This document shows, piece after piece, positions 18,501-28,000 of a DNA stretch of 57,366 bases (the first letter of the stretch is position 1; each line of letters opens with the position of its first letter). The translations under genes and the position numbers were made by a program. This stretch comes from Nitrospiraceae bacterium (GTDB lineage: Bacteria; Nitrospirota; Nitrospiria; Nitrospirales; Nitrospiraceae): contig JBBIQV010000015.1 of assembly GCA_037442105.1 (NCBI GenBank), forward strand, positions 1-57,366, in the 5' to 3' direction. Under the pieces are notes generated by a model. That model did not search any database. It had not been told where the DNA came from and worked only from the letters and a program-made list of their open reading frames with translations.

Positions 18501-19574
18501 ATGAATCGCCAACAACTCTTCTCCATCGGTTTTTTTGCGGTTCTTGCCCTGCTGCTCTATCAGATCGGGCTGATGTTCCTGCCGTTTCTGTTCCCGGTGC
18601 TCTGGGCGGTGATCCTTGCGCATCTGGCATTCCCCGCCTACGTGAAGTTGGCGGCCTGGCTGCGCGGGCGCGAGACCATGGCGGCGGCTACCTTGACGAT
18701 CGGGGTGATGGCGCTCGTTGTGGTGCCGTTGATTCTGGTTGGTGTGCTGCTTGTGCGGGAAGCGAGTTCAGCGGAACAGGCGATCCGGCACTGGGTGGCG
18801 GCGGGCGGGGTTCAGCAGGTCTCGGACTATCTAGCTCGTATGCCGGGGGCGACAGGCCTTCTGCAGGAACTGACCGGCCGGGCGGTCATGAAACAAGTCA
18901 ACCTCGAACAGTTCGTGCTGTCCAGCGCCAAGACGTTGAGCGAGTTTCTGGTGAACGAGTTGAGCGCTCTGGTGCGCAACGTGTTTCTTCTGATGGCCGA
19001 TTTTCTCGTGATGATCTTCACGCTGTTTTTCTTGTTCCGGGACGGGCGGCGCTGGCTGGACTCGTTGTACGACCTGCTTCCGTTGGAAGCATCCCACAAG
19101 GAGAAGATCTTTGTGCGCCTGGATCGTACGATCCGCGCGGTGGTGAAAGGCCTGTTACTTACGGCCGTTGTCCAAGGATTGTTGGCCGGTGCGGCCTATG
19201 CGTTGCTGGGTGTCCCCTTCCCCGTTGTGCTGACGGCTCTCACGATGCTGCTTGCGCCGCTGCCGTTCGGCGGAACGGCGCTGGTGTGGGGGCCGGCAGC
19301 GGTGTACTTGTTTCTGGTGGGACCGGCGGGGAAAGGCCTTGTGCTGTTGGCGTGGGGCGCCGGCGTGGTGTCGATGGTCGATCAGATTCTGAAACCCCTC
19401 TTCATCGGGCAAGGGGCGCAAATCAATGTGCTGCTCTTGACCTTCAGTGTGCTGGGAGGACTGGCCCTCTATGGCATCATCGGACTCTTTCTCGGGCCGG
19501 TCCTCATCGGCCTCTTCTTGACAGCGATCCAGATCTATCGCGAAGAGTACCACGCGCCAGAGAACGGCAAATAG
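18501..19574 (+). CDS. AI-2E family transporter
   Basis: Multi-TM; LFFLFRDG, DQILKPLFIG, GIIGLFLGP. Confidence 0.92.
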   Translation: MNRQQLFSIGFFAVLALLLYQIGLMFLPFLFPVLWAVILAHLAFPAYVKLAAWLRGRETMAAATLTIGVMALVVVPLILVGVLLVREASSAEQAIRHWVAAGGVQQVSDYLARMPGATGLLQELTGRAVMKQVNLEQFVLSSAKTLSEFLVNELSALVRNVFLLMADFLVMIFTLFFLFRDGRRWLDSLYDLLPLEASHKEKIFVRLDRTIRAVVKGLLLTAVVQGLLAGAAYALLGVPFPVVLTALTMLLAPLPFGGTALVWGPAAVYLFLVGPAGKGLVLLAWGAGVVSMVDQILKPLFIGQGAQINVLLLTFSVLGGLALYGIIGLFLGPVLIGLFLTAIQIYREEYHAPENGK

Positions 19575-19657
19575 CGAATAGCTCATAGCTACATCAGCTA
19601 GTAGCGAGTAGCTAATAGCCATTAGCTCAGAGCTACCCGCTGCTCGCTATTGGCTAT
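19571..19657. repeat. Inverted degenerate heptamer arrays between convergent genes
   Basis: ATAGCGA ATAGCTC ... TAGCGAG TAGCTAA TAGCCAT TAGCTCA / GAGCTAC CCGCTGC TCGCTAT TGGCTAT. Confidence 0.8.
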
Positions 19658-19667
19658 TTTCTGGCTG

Positions 19668-20258
19668 CTACTCCAGCGGGATGGTGATGGCGATGCCGCC
19701 CATGACGTCATTCAACTTGAAGTCGCGCTTTGGGCTCAGCGGGTGGCTGTTGTGGCAACGGACGCAGGCGTTGGAGACGGCTAGATCGGGATAGACGGCC
19801 TGGAAGAACTGCTTGCGGCCGCTCGACACAATGCCGGTGAAGGGGCGGTCCGGTTGGCGGCTGAGGGTTTCGAGGGCCTTGCGCTCGAAGTCGGTGGCGG
19901 GTGCGTTTCGCCGGTAGATCGGCGACAGGCTGATGAGCCGGTAGCGGATACCGCTGCCGCGTTCGGCAACGAGCCGACCGGAGTGTTGGAGGAGTTGCGC
20001 GGGAAGGGGCAACGCATTCTCCTGTTCCCAATGTTCCGCTGCCGCGACGATCTTCTTCTCCTGCATGCGGTCGACGACTAATGTTATGTAGCTCGTGCGG
20101 TCGGCTTCGATCACCGCGTGCACATAGTCGGCGACTCGTTCGGGGGCAATCGTGCCGGCATCCTTGGCGTCCAGCGAACGAAAGCCGTACCAGAAGAAGG
20201 CAAGGGTCGACGCTCCCCACAGGACGAGGCTCCATCGTGTTTTCCTCAGGTCGCACAT
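19668..20258 (-). CDS. DUF3365/Tll0287-like c-type haem protein
   Basis: YRLISLSPI, CVRCH haem motif, FKLNDVMGG; N-terminal TM. Confidence 0.88.
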   Translation of the reverse strand: MCDLRKTRWSLVLWGASTLAFFWYGFRSLDAKDAGTIAPERVADYVHAVIEADRTSYITLVVDRMQEKKIVAAAEHWEQENALPLPAQLLQHSGRLVAERGSGIRYRLISLSPIYRRNAPATDFERKALETLSRQPDRPFTGIVSSGRKQFFQAVYPDLAVSNACVRCHNSHPLSPKRDFKLNDVMGGIAITIPLE

Positions 20259-22732
20259 GGCTCCTCCTTCGATACTGTTGTGTCCGTTGTCGGTAATGTG
20301 ATCAGACAGGTCGTGCCATGCCCTTCCTGGCTCTCGATCCTGACATCGCCGCCGAACTTGCGTGCGATGCGACGCGCAATCGTCAACCCCAGGCCTGAAC
20401 CCTCACCCGGCCCCTTCGTGGTGAAGAAGGGATCGAAGATTTTGGTCATGTGCTGTTGGGGAATGCCGGGGCCCGAATCCTGAATCGCCACCGTCGCCGT
20501 GCCAGCCTGCGCGGCCGTCCGCAGCGTCAAGGTGCCTCCGCCGCCCATTGCCTGCACGGCGTTCAGGATGACGTTCATGAATACTTGGCGGAGTTCCTCC
20601 GGCTGGGCGTTAACTTTTGGTATGGCCTCGTATTCCTTACGAATCTCCGTGTGCAGATTGTCGTGGGAGGCCTGAACGATCATCAGGGCCTGATCGAGCT
20701 GCACATTGAGATCGATGAGCACCCGCTGGTCTTGCGCCTCGCGCGCGGCCGTGCCGGTAAAGTCCCGGATCACGGCAGCCATGCGCCGGCCGTGCTCGAC
20801 GATGTCCCGTGCATAGGATTTCACCCGGCTGAGGTCTCCTTCCTCCTGAATCGCTTCGCCCAGACCGAGAATGCCGAAGAGCGGGTTATTCAGCTCATGC
20901 CCGATCCCGGCGGTCAGGACGCCCAGGCTGCCGGACTTCTCCGCTTGGATCAGTTGCTCCTGGGCGCGGGCCTCGTCGGTGGCGTCGCGTAATATAATCC
21001 CGATGCGCTCGGCTTCTCCTGGCCGCCCGCTGAGCCGGAACCACTCGTACCGGTAGGTTTTGGGACCGATCTGCAACTCACGGCGATCGAGTTGGGAGGC
21101 GTGCTCCGACTTCGGCGTCAGCGGATCGCGGGGTTCCGCTTCGGCAGAGCCCCCGGCGTCTTTTGCGGAGCGTTTCGACGTCCGGCCGGATCCGTTGCCG
21201 TGCGTGCCGACCTCGCGGCGGAGTTTGTCTCGGAAGGACTGTCCGACCGGCAACAGGTCAAACAACGTGGAGGGAAGCGCATTCTGCTCGGTGAGGCGAA
21301 ACGTTTCCTTGGTGGCGCGATTCACGTACTGCACCTGTTCGGTCTGATCGACCATGATGACCGGGGTCGGAACCGCGTCGAGTATCTGGCTCGTTGATTG
21401 CTGCAAGTACCGTACTTCCTGGGTTTTCAGGTTGACCTGGTCGCTCAACCCCGCGAACGCCGCTTCCAGTTGGCTGTTCATCCGATTGAATTCCTCGGCC
21501 AGGTCTTCCAATTCGTCGCCGGTTTTAATGCGGATCGGTTCCCGCAGATCGCCTCGTCCAATGGAGCGCGCTGCGGTCTGGAGCTGGCGGACGGGCGTCA
21601 CGATGCGACTGGCGGCCAGATACCCGAGCGTAATCAGCAGCCCGACCGCGACGAGCCCGAAGACGGACAGCCACGTGAACAGGTGCTGCACCGGGGCGAA
21701 CAACTCGCTGGAGGACTGCCAGACGAACGTATGCCAGGATCCGCCTTCCAGCGCCCCGTTGGTGGCGCGGCTGGTTTCCGGGAGAGAGGCGAACCCAATA
21801 ATCGAAGCGGACTGCCCGCCATGTCCGTCGCTCGGAGCGTTCACCCAACCAGGTTGGAGAGGAGTGACTAACGGGATCAACTTCTCATCGGAAAGGCGCA
21901 CACCGGTCGGCAGAATTGGGCAGCTCATAACGACCCCCCGGCTGTCGATCAGCATGACGTGGCCGGTCTTGCCGAAACGGATCGGATGAGTCGAAGGCGA
22001 GAAGAACTCCTTGGCGTCGATGACGCGGTGGAGGACACCGATGGCCTCGTAACGGAGGTTGTCCATGATCGGCAGGGAAATGCTGAAGACATACGTTCCG
22101 GCCTTCTCATCGAAATACACATCCTCGATATAGAGTTGTCCCAGGCCCTTGTTGAAGGTCCCCTTCCACCAGGCGCTGTTCCCGTTGGCGAAGGACGGTT
22201 TTGTGGTCAGGGCGGCAACCAAGTTGCCTTGGATGTCGGTGATAAACAGCATCTTGGTCGCAGCTCGGACCACTTGGGGCAGCAGTTGATCCGGTTCGCT
22301 GTGGGAGCCGGCGTAATAATCCCGGAGGAGGCCGGCCAACTTATTTTCCGTGATCGCTTTGATGAGAACGGGATCCTTGGCCTCCCAACGGGCGGCGCGC
22401 TCGTCTTGATCGGCGCGAGTCTGTTGTTCCGGAAGATCTTGCAAGGCGTCGCGCCGTTTTTCCAGTTCACGGACAATGGCCAGATCGGTCGCGATCCGCG
22501 AGGTTCGAGCGACCTCTTCGGCGACCAGGAGATCCAGTTTTCTAGCTGCCTCCGTCGCCAGCGCTTGGAAACTTTCTCCGCTGACCTCGCGGATCTCGCT
22601 CGACCCCTGGAGAAAAGCCGTGACGAGGCCGACCAGTAGAGGAATGACTCCCACCAGCAGCATGGACAGAATCAGCTTGCCTTTCAGTCCCCATCGGGAG
22701 GAGGCGGACTTGAGAGAACGTGGGGCGTTCAT
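20246..22732 (-). CDS. Membrane sensor histidine kinase (Cache-like, HAMP, PAS-like, HisKA, HATPase)
   Basis: Two TMs; HAMP DELEDLAEEFNRM; H-box [27 protein letters not shown]. Confidence 0.93.
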   Translation of the reverse strand: MNAPRSLKSASSRWGLKGKLILSMLLVGVIPLLVGLVTAFLQGSSEIREVSGESFQALATEAARKLDLLVAEEVARTSRIATDLAIVRELEKRRDALQDLPEQQTRADQDERAARWEAKDPVLIKAITENKLAGLLRDYYAGSHSEPDQLLPQVVRAATKMLFITDIQGNLVAALTTKPSFANGNSAWWKGTFNKGLGQLYIEDVYFDEKAGTYVFSISLPIMDNLRYEAIGVLHRVIDAKEFFSPSTHPIRFGKTGHVMLIDSRGVVMSCPILPTGVRLSDEKLIPLVTPLQPGWVNAPSDGHGGQSASIIGFASLPETSRATNGALEGGSWHTFVWQSSSELFAPVQHLFTWLSVFGLVAVGLLITLGYLAASRIVTPVRQLQTAARSIGRGDLREPIRIKTGDELEDLAEEFNRMNSQLEAAFAGLSDQVNLKTQEVRYLQQSTSQILDAVPTPVIMVDQTEQVQYVNRATKETFRLTEQNALPSTLFDLLPVGQSFRDKLRREVGTHGNGSGRTSKRSAKDAGGSAEAEPRDPLTPKSEHASQLDRRELQIGPKTYRYEWFRLSGRPGEAERIGIILRDATDEARAQEQLIQAEKSGSLGVLTAGIGHELNNPLFGILGLGEAIQEEGDLSRVKSYARDIVEHGRRMAAVIRDFTGTAAREAQDQRVLIDLNVQLDQALMIVQASHDNLHTEIRKEYEAIPKVNAQPEELRQVFMNVILNAVQAMGGGGTLTLRTAAQAGTATVAIQDSGPGIPQQHMTKIFDPFFTTKGPGEGSGLGLTIARRIARKFGGDVRIESQEGHGTTCLITLPTTDTTVSKEEPCAT

Positions 22733-23778
22733 TGAGCGGCCTTATCCTTTGGTAGAGCTGTCGATTGGAACTCGATGCAGAAGGTCGTACCCTGGCCGAC
22801 CCGGCTGTCCACATGAATCGTGCCGTGCATTTTTGTGATGACCGCTCGGACATTATAGAGGCCCAGCCCCGTGCCTTTGCCCGGCGGCTTGGTTGTGAAG
22901 AAGGGATCAAAGATATGCAACAACGACTCCGGCGGGATACCGCATCCTGTGTCGCTTATGCGCACACTCACCAGGCCGTTTTGACATTGAGTCTCCAACG
23001 TAAGCGTGCCGCCTTTTGCCATGGCATGAACCGCGTTCGTAATCAGGTTGACGAACACATGCAGCACCTCATCGGGGTTGCCTAACACGGTGGCGCCGGC
23101 GCCGTAGTGCTTGTGGACAATCACATCCTGCAGGCCCACGGCATACCGGGCGATCTTCAGCGCCTCGTCGAGTTTGACGTTAAGCTCGACGAGGGCTGCC
23201 TCGTCACCCGACGACCACCTGGCATAGCGAGTCAGGTCCTTACAGATCCCGCTTGTCCGTTGGACCGCGTCAATGATCTCCTTGGCTTGCTCGCGCACCA
23301 CCGACAAGTCTTGCTCATCTACGAGGTTCTCCGCCAATCCGAGGATGAGTTGAAGCGGATTGTTGATGTCGTGGGCGATCCCGGCGGCGAAGGACCCGAT
23401 GCCGGCCAGCTTTTCAGCATGGAAGAGTTCGGCCTGGAGCTTTGCTTCGTGCTGCACGAGCGTCCACAGGAGGCGCGAACTCGATCCGCTGAGAAGTTCG
23501 GCGCTGAGCCGTTTATTGGCGCGGACGTACCGTTCCAATTCGGGATCGCCGGTTACGTCCATGATGAGGTTAACGCCGTGGTTGGCGATTAGCTCGGTAA
23601 TCCGGCTCGTGGTGGGGATGTTCAGCGCACGAGCGCGCGCAAGGCCGGGCGCATCGGGGTCCTTGTCAGCGATTCCGATGATTTCAACGTCAGGCATTTG
23701 GTAGAGCAGGTCAAGCAGGGCTGTACCCCCCTTCCCCGCTCCGAGAATCGCCACCTTGGTGGTCTGCGGGCGCGTCAT
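22729..23778 (-). CDS. Cytoplasmic histidine kinase with N-terminal Rossmann-like domain
   Basis: [10 protein letters not shown]...[27 protein letters not shown]. Confidence 0.88.
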   Translation of the reverse strand: MTRPQTTKVAILGAGKGGTALLDLLYQMPDVEIIGIADKDPDAPGLARARALNIPTTSRITELIANHGVNLIMDVTGDPELERYVRANKRLSAELLSGSSSRLLWTLVQHEAKLQAELFHAEKLAGIGSFAAGIAHDINNPLQLILGLAENLVDEQDLSVVREQAKEIIDAVQRTSGICKDLTRYARWSSGDEAALVELNVKLDEALKIARYAVGLQDVIVHKHYGAGATVLGNPDEVLHVFVNLITNAVHAMAKGGTLTLETQCQNGLVSVRISDTGCGIPPESLLHIFDPFFTTKPPGKGTGLGLYNVRAVITKMHGTIHVDSRVGQGTTFCIEFQSTALPKDKAAQ

Positions 23779-23808
23779 GTGGGTTGAACCGTTGCGGACG
23801 TTTGCCCT

Positions 23809-23838
23809 TCGAGGAGAGGCGCCGGCGCCTCTCCTCGA
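23809..23838. repeat. Perfect 30-bp palindrome between the response regulator and kinase genes
   Basis: TCGAGGAGAGGCGCCGGCGCCTCTCCTCGA equals its own reverse complement. Confidence 0.8.
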
Positions 23839-23850
23839 TCAGGAGATAAT

Positions 23851-24291
23851 CTACCCTCCCAGATGGGCCAATTCACGTTGACCCATCGCGCGCTCCACCG
23901 CCGCCCGGAGTTTTTCACCCTCGACCGGCTTGACGAGATAGTCTACCACCCCTTCGCGAAGAAGGGTGGTGGCCATGTCGGTATCGGGGAAGCCCGTCAA
24001 CACGATTAATGGCACGCGAGGATACTCTTTACGGAAGTAGGCAATGGCTTCGATGCCGTTGATCTTCGGCATCCGGATATCACAGATCACTACGTCCAAC
24101 ATCAGTCGGTTCTCGCCGGTGTTGATGATCTCGATGGCTTTCTCGCCGTTCTCCGCTTCGAGCACGTCATAGTTGGCCTTCTGGAGGGTCATCCGCACGA
24201 CCTTCCGGATATCCGGCTCGTCGTCCACCACGAGCACGCGGCCATTGCCGGTTGCTGCGCCGAAGAGCAAGTCCGATTTGTACTCTGTCAT
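23851..24291 (-). CDS. Single-domain response regulator
   Basis: VLVVDDE, DIRMP, LTG, YLVKP; SD GGAGG before MTEYKS. Confidence 0.93.
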   Translation of the reverse strand: MTEYKSDLLFGAATGNGRVLVVDDEPDIRKVVRMTLQKANYDVLEAENGEKAIEIINTGENRLMLDVVICDIRMPKINGIEAIAYFRKEYPRVPLIVLTGFPDTDMATTLLREGVVDYLVKPVEGEKLRAAVERAMGQRELAHLGG

Positions 24292-24360
24292 GGCATCCTC
24301 CTTGTGGGTTGGAATGGCTCGACCCGAGTTCCCTTTCAAGTCGATGATGCCACTTTCTTC

Positions 24361-24376
24361 AGCAAGCCTGATGCCG
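24361..24376 (-). promoter_or_regulatory. Putative sigma-54 promoter of the response regulator operon
   Basis: Minus strand CGGCATCAGGCTTGCT (GG-N10-GC); IHF-like TCAATGACTTA at about 24407-24417. Confidence 0.65.
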
Positions 24377-24552
24377 ACGGCCTCGCGCGAACGAGATTGA
24401 GAAGTCTCAATGACTTACCGTGCGGTGACGTGAGTGAGTCATCACGCGCTGATAGAGATGAACCACCAGGTGTTGAAAACCACCACCATGCGGCTTATTC
24501 ATTTGGAGTTGGCGGCTCGTGTGCGTATCGACGCAACGATCGGGGTGCGCAG

Positions 24553-24627
24553 TTACCAGATACGTCGAATGAGCAGGAGCGTTCCGAACGTGATCAGCGT
24601 GGCGGAAACGAGGAGTGTAAGCAACAT
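24553..24627 (-). CDS. Small hydrophobic peptide MLLTLLVSATLITFGTLLLIRRIW (24 aa)
   Basis: SD AGGAGGT 6 nt before ATG; one TM-like helix with basic C-terminus; below the ORF-track size cut-off. Confidence 0.55.
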   Translation of the reverse strand: MLLTLLVSATLITFGTLLLIRRIW

Positions 24628-24928
24628 GGTGGCACCTCCTACTATTGCTATTTGAGAAATGAAAAAATGTGCCCCCACAGATAGAACTCACAAGAACCGT
24701 ACCGACGAAACTCTCATCGGCGTTTTTCTTGCGCAGAGTGATAAGTCATTGTTTTATCTGATCGCATCGTGGTCAGACCCATGGCACGGTTGTCGCTCGA
24801 GTCTCTCAAAAACGGAAAGTGCTTGTATTAGATGCAATACGATGACGTATACAAACCGATACTGTCCCGCGTTGCCTTTTCTTCGACGACTACGGTAGTC
24901 TCACCTATCTCCTACGGCCTGGAATGCG

Positions 24929-25168
24929 ATGATCACGGCTGATGCGCTCACGAATTATATCCGGCAAGCGATGCCTGACGCTGTGGTGTGCGTCACAGAT
25001 CGGACTGGGACCATGGACCATTTGAAAGTCACTGTCGTGTCCGATCATTTCAAAGGAAAGAACTTGCTTGACCGGCACCGCCTGGTCTATCAGGCGCTGG
25101 ACGCGCCGATGAAGGACGGCCGCATCCATGCCCTTGAAATCACGGCATGGGCAAAGGATGAAAGTTAA
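24929..25168 (+). CDS. bolA: BolA/IbaG family protein
   Basis: DHLKVTVVSDHFKG..LLDRHRLVYQAL..IHALEI. Confidence 0.92.
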   Translation: MITADALTNYIRQAMPDAVVCVTDRTGTMDHLKVTVVSDHFKGKNLLDRHRLVYQALDAPMKDGRIHALEITAWAKDES

Positions 25169-25234
25169 GCGTCAGCAATGGGTTAGTGGCGAGAGGCTAG
25201 GGTTCAGCAGGTTCATACAGAGGAGGCTGGAGCC

Positions 25235-25558
25235 ATGGCAGATCCGATGGAAGAGGAAATCCAAAGGGAAATTCAAGCCCACAAGATACTCATCTATGGC
25301 AAGGGTACCAAGGCGATGCCGATGTGCGGGTTCACCAGAGAGACGATGCAGTTTTTCGACAAGTACGGCTATCCGTACGAAGTCATTGATGTACTCACTC
25401 AGCCGGTGAAGCGGGAAACTTTGACGAAGATGACCAACTGGCCGACGCTGCCGAAGGTGTTTATCGACGGACAGTTTTACGGAGATACCGACATCCTCGA
25501 CCCGATGGAAAGGAAGGGCGAGGTCGAGCCGCTGCTGAAAAAGGCGTTTGGAAAATAA
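25235..25558 (+). CDS. grxD: Monothiol glutaredoxin (Grx4/GrxD-like)
   Basis: KGT..PMCGFT, NWPTLPKVFIDG. Confidence 0.9.
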   Translation: MADPMEEEIQREIQAHKILIYGKGTKAMPMCGFTRETMQFFDKYGYPYEVIDVLTQPVKRETLTKMTNWPTLPKVFIDGQFYGDTDILDPMERKGEVEPLLKKAFGK

Positions 25559-25575
25559 ACAGGGTACACCTGTTA

Positions 25576-25612
25576 GTCCCGTGCTCCCGGGGCCCGCACT
25601 GTGGAAAGGGCG
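25576..25612. repeat. Partial copy of the palindromic element at 35232-35323
   Basis: Shared core TGCTCCCGG(G/A)GCCCGCAC. Confidence 0.55.
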
Positions 25613-25714
25613 ACTGCCATGCGCTGGCCGCACTTCGTGATAGTCTAGACCGACGCTGGGAATCCGAACTACGCCGAGTCTTCTCGCGGTAGCTCTAGGA
25701 GCCCGTCCGACATT

Positions 25715-26154
25715 GCCTTCAAGGACATCGACCTGCTCATCCTTCTGAACGAAGACAGTCAGGGCGAGCTATTGAAAGCGCTCGGGTCACGAGGGTTTCT
25801 CAAGGATGAGGCGCGGAGTGAACACAATCCCATGCTACAAGGTACGATGGTGCGATTGTACTCTGGTGACGTGCCGGTTGATTTACTCGCTCCCCGCGAT
25901 GCTCAAGAGGAAGAGGCCCTGACTCGTCGCCGGATGATCGAAGTGGAGGGGCTCTCGCTCCGGACGATCAGCCCTGAGGATCTGGTACTGATGAAACTGA
26001 AGACTGGCGGCCGTACGATTTCGGGGATGTCACGACGGTCATTGTGCGTCAGGGCGACGCGTTGGACCTTGAATATCTGTTCCGTTGGGCGAAGCGACTC
26101 AGTGTGGTCGATGAACTGGCCTACGTGCTCGATCGATCTTCTGGATTGAGGTGA
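25715..26154 (+). pseudogene. Degraded nucleotidyltransferase (DUF6036/AbiEii-like)
   Basis: KDIDLL, VDLL, SPEDLVLMKL motifs; N-terminus missing with upstream stops; frameshift near 26010 restores RPYDFGDV...LDLEYLFRWAKRL. Confidence 0.7.
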
Positions 26155-26178
26155 GCTGACTTCAAGGTCTCGCTTTCG

Positions 26179-26208
26179 TTGACAGTCATTTCCAACCTGT
26201 GGTACCGT
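26179..26208 (+). promoter_or_regulatory. sigma70 promoter of rpsF-ssb-rpsR
   Basis: TTGACA-18-TACCGT with extended TG. Confidence 0.6.
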
Positions 26209-26240
26209 CCACCGTTCGTTGCGCCAAGTAGGCGCCCTAC

Positions 26241-26281
26241 ACCTCGCTCCCACCCGTGAGTGGGGGCCTTTGGCCAGGAGG
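26241..26281 (+). promoter_or_regulatory. Structured rpsF leader (candidate S6:S18 autoregulatory RNA)
   Basis: Hairpin GCTCCCAC-CCGTGA-GTGGGGGC followed by GGCC-TTT-GGCC and the SD, at the position expected for S6:S18 leaders. Confidence 0.45.
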
Positions 26282-26289
26282 ATTGCTGC

Positions 26290-26637
26290 ATGGAGCTCTA
26301 CGAGTCTCTATTTATTATTCGTCCGTCCTTGTCCGACGAAGACACCACCGCGTTGATCGACAAGATGAAGGGTGTCGCGGAGAAGGCCGGGGCATCGTTC
26401 ATGAAGGCCGAGAACTGGGGCCGCAAGAAGCTGGCTTACGAAATCAAGCGCGAGCGGAAGGGCACCTATGTCTACTTCTATTTCAAAGGCCCAGGCCCGG
26501 TGATCGGCGAATTGGAACGGTCCTACCGGCTGGAAGACTCGATCATCAAGTTTCTGACAGTCCGGCTTGAAGAGGATCTCACCCCGCGGCGCGCCGCATC
26601 CGAGGCGCAGGAGTCGGACGGTGGCCGGTTACAATAA
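26290..26637 (+). CDS. rpsF: 30S ribosomal protein S6
   Basis: YESLFIIRP, WGRKKLAYEI. Confidence 0.97.
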   Translation: MELYESLFIIRPSLSDEDTTALIDKMKGVAEKAGASFMKAENWGRKKLAYEIKRERKGTYVYFYFKGPGPVIGELERSYRLEDSIIKFLTVRLEEDLTPRRAASEAQESDGGRLQ

Positions 26638-27013
26638 GGTCATCCTGATGGGGAACCTGACGCGGAATCCGGAGTTGCGCTATACCCCTAATGGCACGCC
26701 GGTCGCGAGTTTCGGGTTGGCGACGAGCCGGCGGTACAAGCAGGGAGAGGAACTGAAAGAGGAAGTCTGTTTCGTCGATATCGTGGTGTTCGGCAAGCAG
26801 GCCGAGCATTGCGGGCAATATCTCAGCAAAGGCAATGGCGTGATCGTGGACGGACGATTGCAGCAGCGCCGCTGGGAGACGGAGGACGGACAGAAGCGAA
26901 GCAAGCATGAAGTGGTGGCGCAAACGGTGACTTTTCTCCCAAAACGCGGCGAGGCCGGCGGCGAGGCGGCGGCGCCGGACGATTCACATTACGAAGTCGA
27001 GGAACAATCGTAA
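26621..27013 (+). CDS. ssb: Single-stranded DNA-binding protein
   Basis: NKVILMGNLTRNPELRYTP; GTG start at 26621. Confidence 0.96.
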   Translation: MAGYNKVILMGNLTRNPELRYTPNGTPVASFGLATSRRYKQGEELKEEVCFVDIVVFGKQAEHCGQYLSKGNGVIVDGRLQQRRWETEDGQKRSKHEVVAQTVTFLPKRGEAGGEAAAPDDSHYEVEEQS

Positions 27014-27028
27014 GGGACGGAGGCGGAT

Positions 27029-27277
27029 ATGGAGCGAGGGAGTGGCGGAGGTGGCGGGGGGCGATTATTTCAACGGCGGCGGCCCTGCCGGTTCTGCATG
27101 GACAAAGCGCCGATCGATTTCAAGGATGTAGGGCTGCTGAGAAACTTTCTGACGGAACGGGGGCGGATCGTTCCGCGCCGAATTTCCGGTAACTGCATGC
27201 GGCATCAGCGCGACCTGACCATCGCCGTCAAGCGGGCCCGTCACATTGCACTGGTGAGTTTCGCTGAAGAGCGGTAA
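27029..27277 (+). CDS. rpsR: 30S ribosomal protein S18 (Zn-binding form)
   Basis: [27 protein letters not shown]. Confidence 0.97.
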   Translation: MERGSGGGGGGRLFQRRRPCRFCMDKAPIDFKDVGLLRNFLTERGRIVPRRISGNCMRHQRDLTIAVKRARHIALVSFAEER

Positions 27278-27310
27278 CGACGGAGGCCCGCGTTCGTCCA
27301 TGCAGTCGGT

Positions 27311-27339
27311 TTGACATGGGGGCCTGGTCCGGTTATACG
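27311..27339 (+). promoter_or_regulatory. sigma70-like promoter of the yceD-rpmF-plsX operon
   Basis: TTGACA-17-TATACG. Confidence 0.5.
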
Positions 27340-27372
27340 AGGAGCGCGGTGGGCCGAAACGCCGGTGCGACG

Positions 27373-27963
27373 ATGGGGTTGCTCAATCCCTCCATCTTGG
27401 AGATCCTTCCGCAGGGCCTCAACGTGTGCGGCGAGATAACAGGGGAGGAGATCGGTCTTAGCGTGACTGATGCCGCAGTTCAAGGGCCGCTGGTCGTCGA
27501 TCTGGAGCTGACGAGAGCGGACAGCACCGTGTATGCCACCGGCTCCTTGCGTGGAAGTATCCGGCGGCAATGTGTGCGGTGTCTCAAGGAGTATGAAGAT
27601 CCGCTGGATCTCTGGATTACCGCGAGCTACGTTCGCCAGACTGCTGCTGCGGGACGTCCTCCCAAGTCCTCGGCTTCTGATAAGAGGCAGAAAGAACCAG
27701 AGGTCGAACAGGGAGGCGAGGACTCTGAAGAGGAGAGCTACCAGTACCAGGGCGATCAGCTCGATTTAGCTCCGATGTTGCGCGAGCAGGTGATTTTGGC
27801 GGCCCCGATGCAGCCCTTGTGCAGGGAGGACTGTCGAGGCCTCTGCGTCACGTGCGGACAGGATCTGAATGTGCGCCGGTGCCGCTGTGCGACGGAGCCC
27901 GCGAACCAGCCGTTTCGGGTGCTCCAGGATCGGAAGAAGCCGTCTGGCGGGGCTGCTTCCTAA
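27373..27963 (+). CDS. DUF177/YceD family protein
   Basis: CVRCL, LDLAPMLRE, PMQPLCREDCRGLC..CG; lies upstream of rpmF. Confidence 0.9.
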   Translation: MGLLNPSILEILPQGLNVCGEITGEEIGLSVTDAAVQGPLVVDLELTRADSTVYATGSLRGSIRRQCVRCLKEYEDPLDLWITASYVRQTAAAGRPPKSSASDKRQKEPEVEQGGEDSEEESYQYQGDQLDLAPMLREQVILAAPMQPLCREDCRGLCVTCGQDLNVRRCRCATEPANQPFRVLQDRKKPSGGAAS

Positions 27964-28000
27964 AATGACGCCTATCCGCCACGGCTAGTGAGGAGTTGCC

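Noticed and set aside
18422..19588. 388-aa plus-strand ORF overlapping the AI-2E gene
   Set aside because: Gly/Arg/Ala-rich alternative frame that starts inside the MITE end.
24407..24898. ORF-track ORFs 24407-24691, 24434-24655 and 24659-24898
   Set aside because: No SD or motifs; the region is better explained by promoters and the 24-aa peptide.
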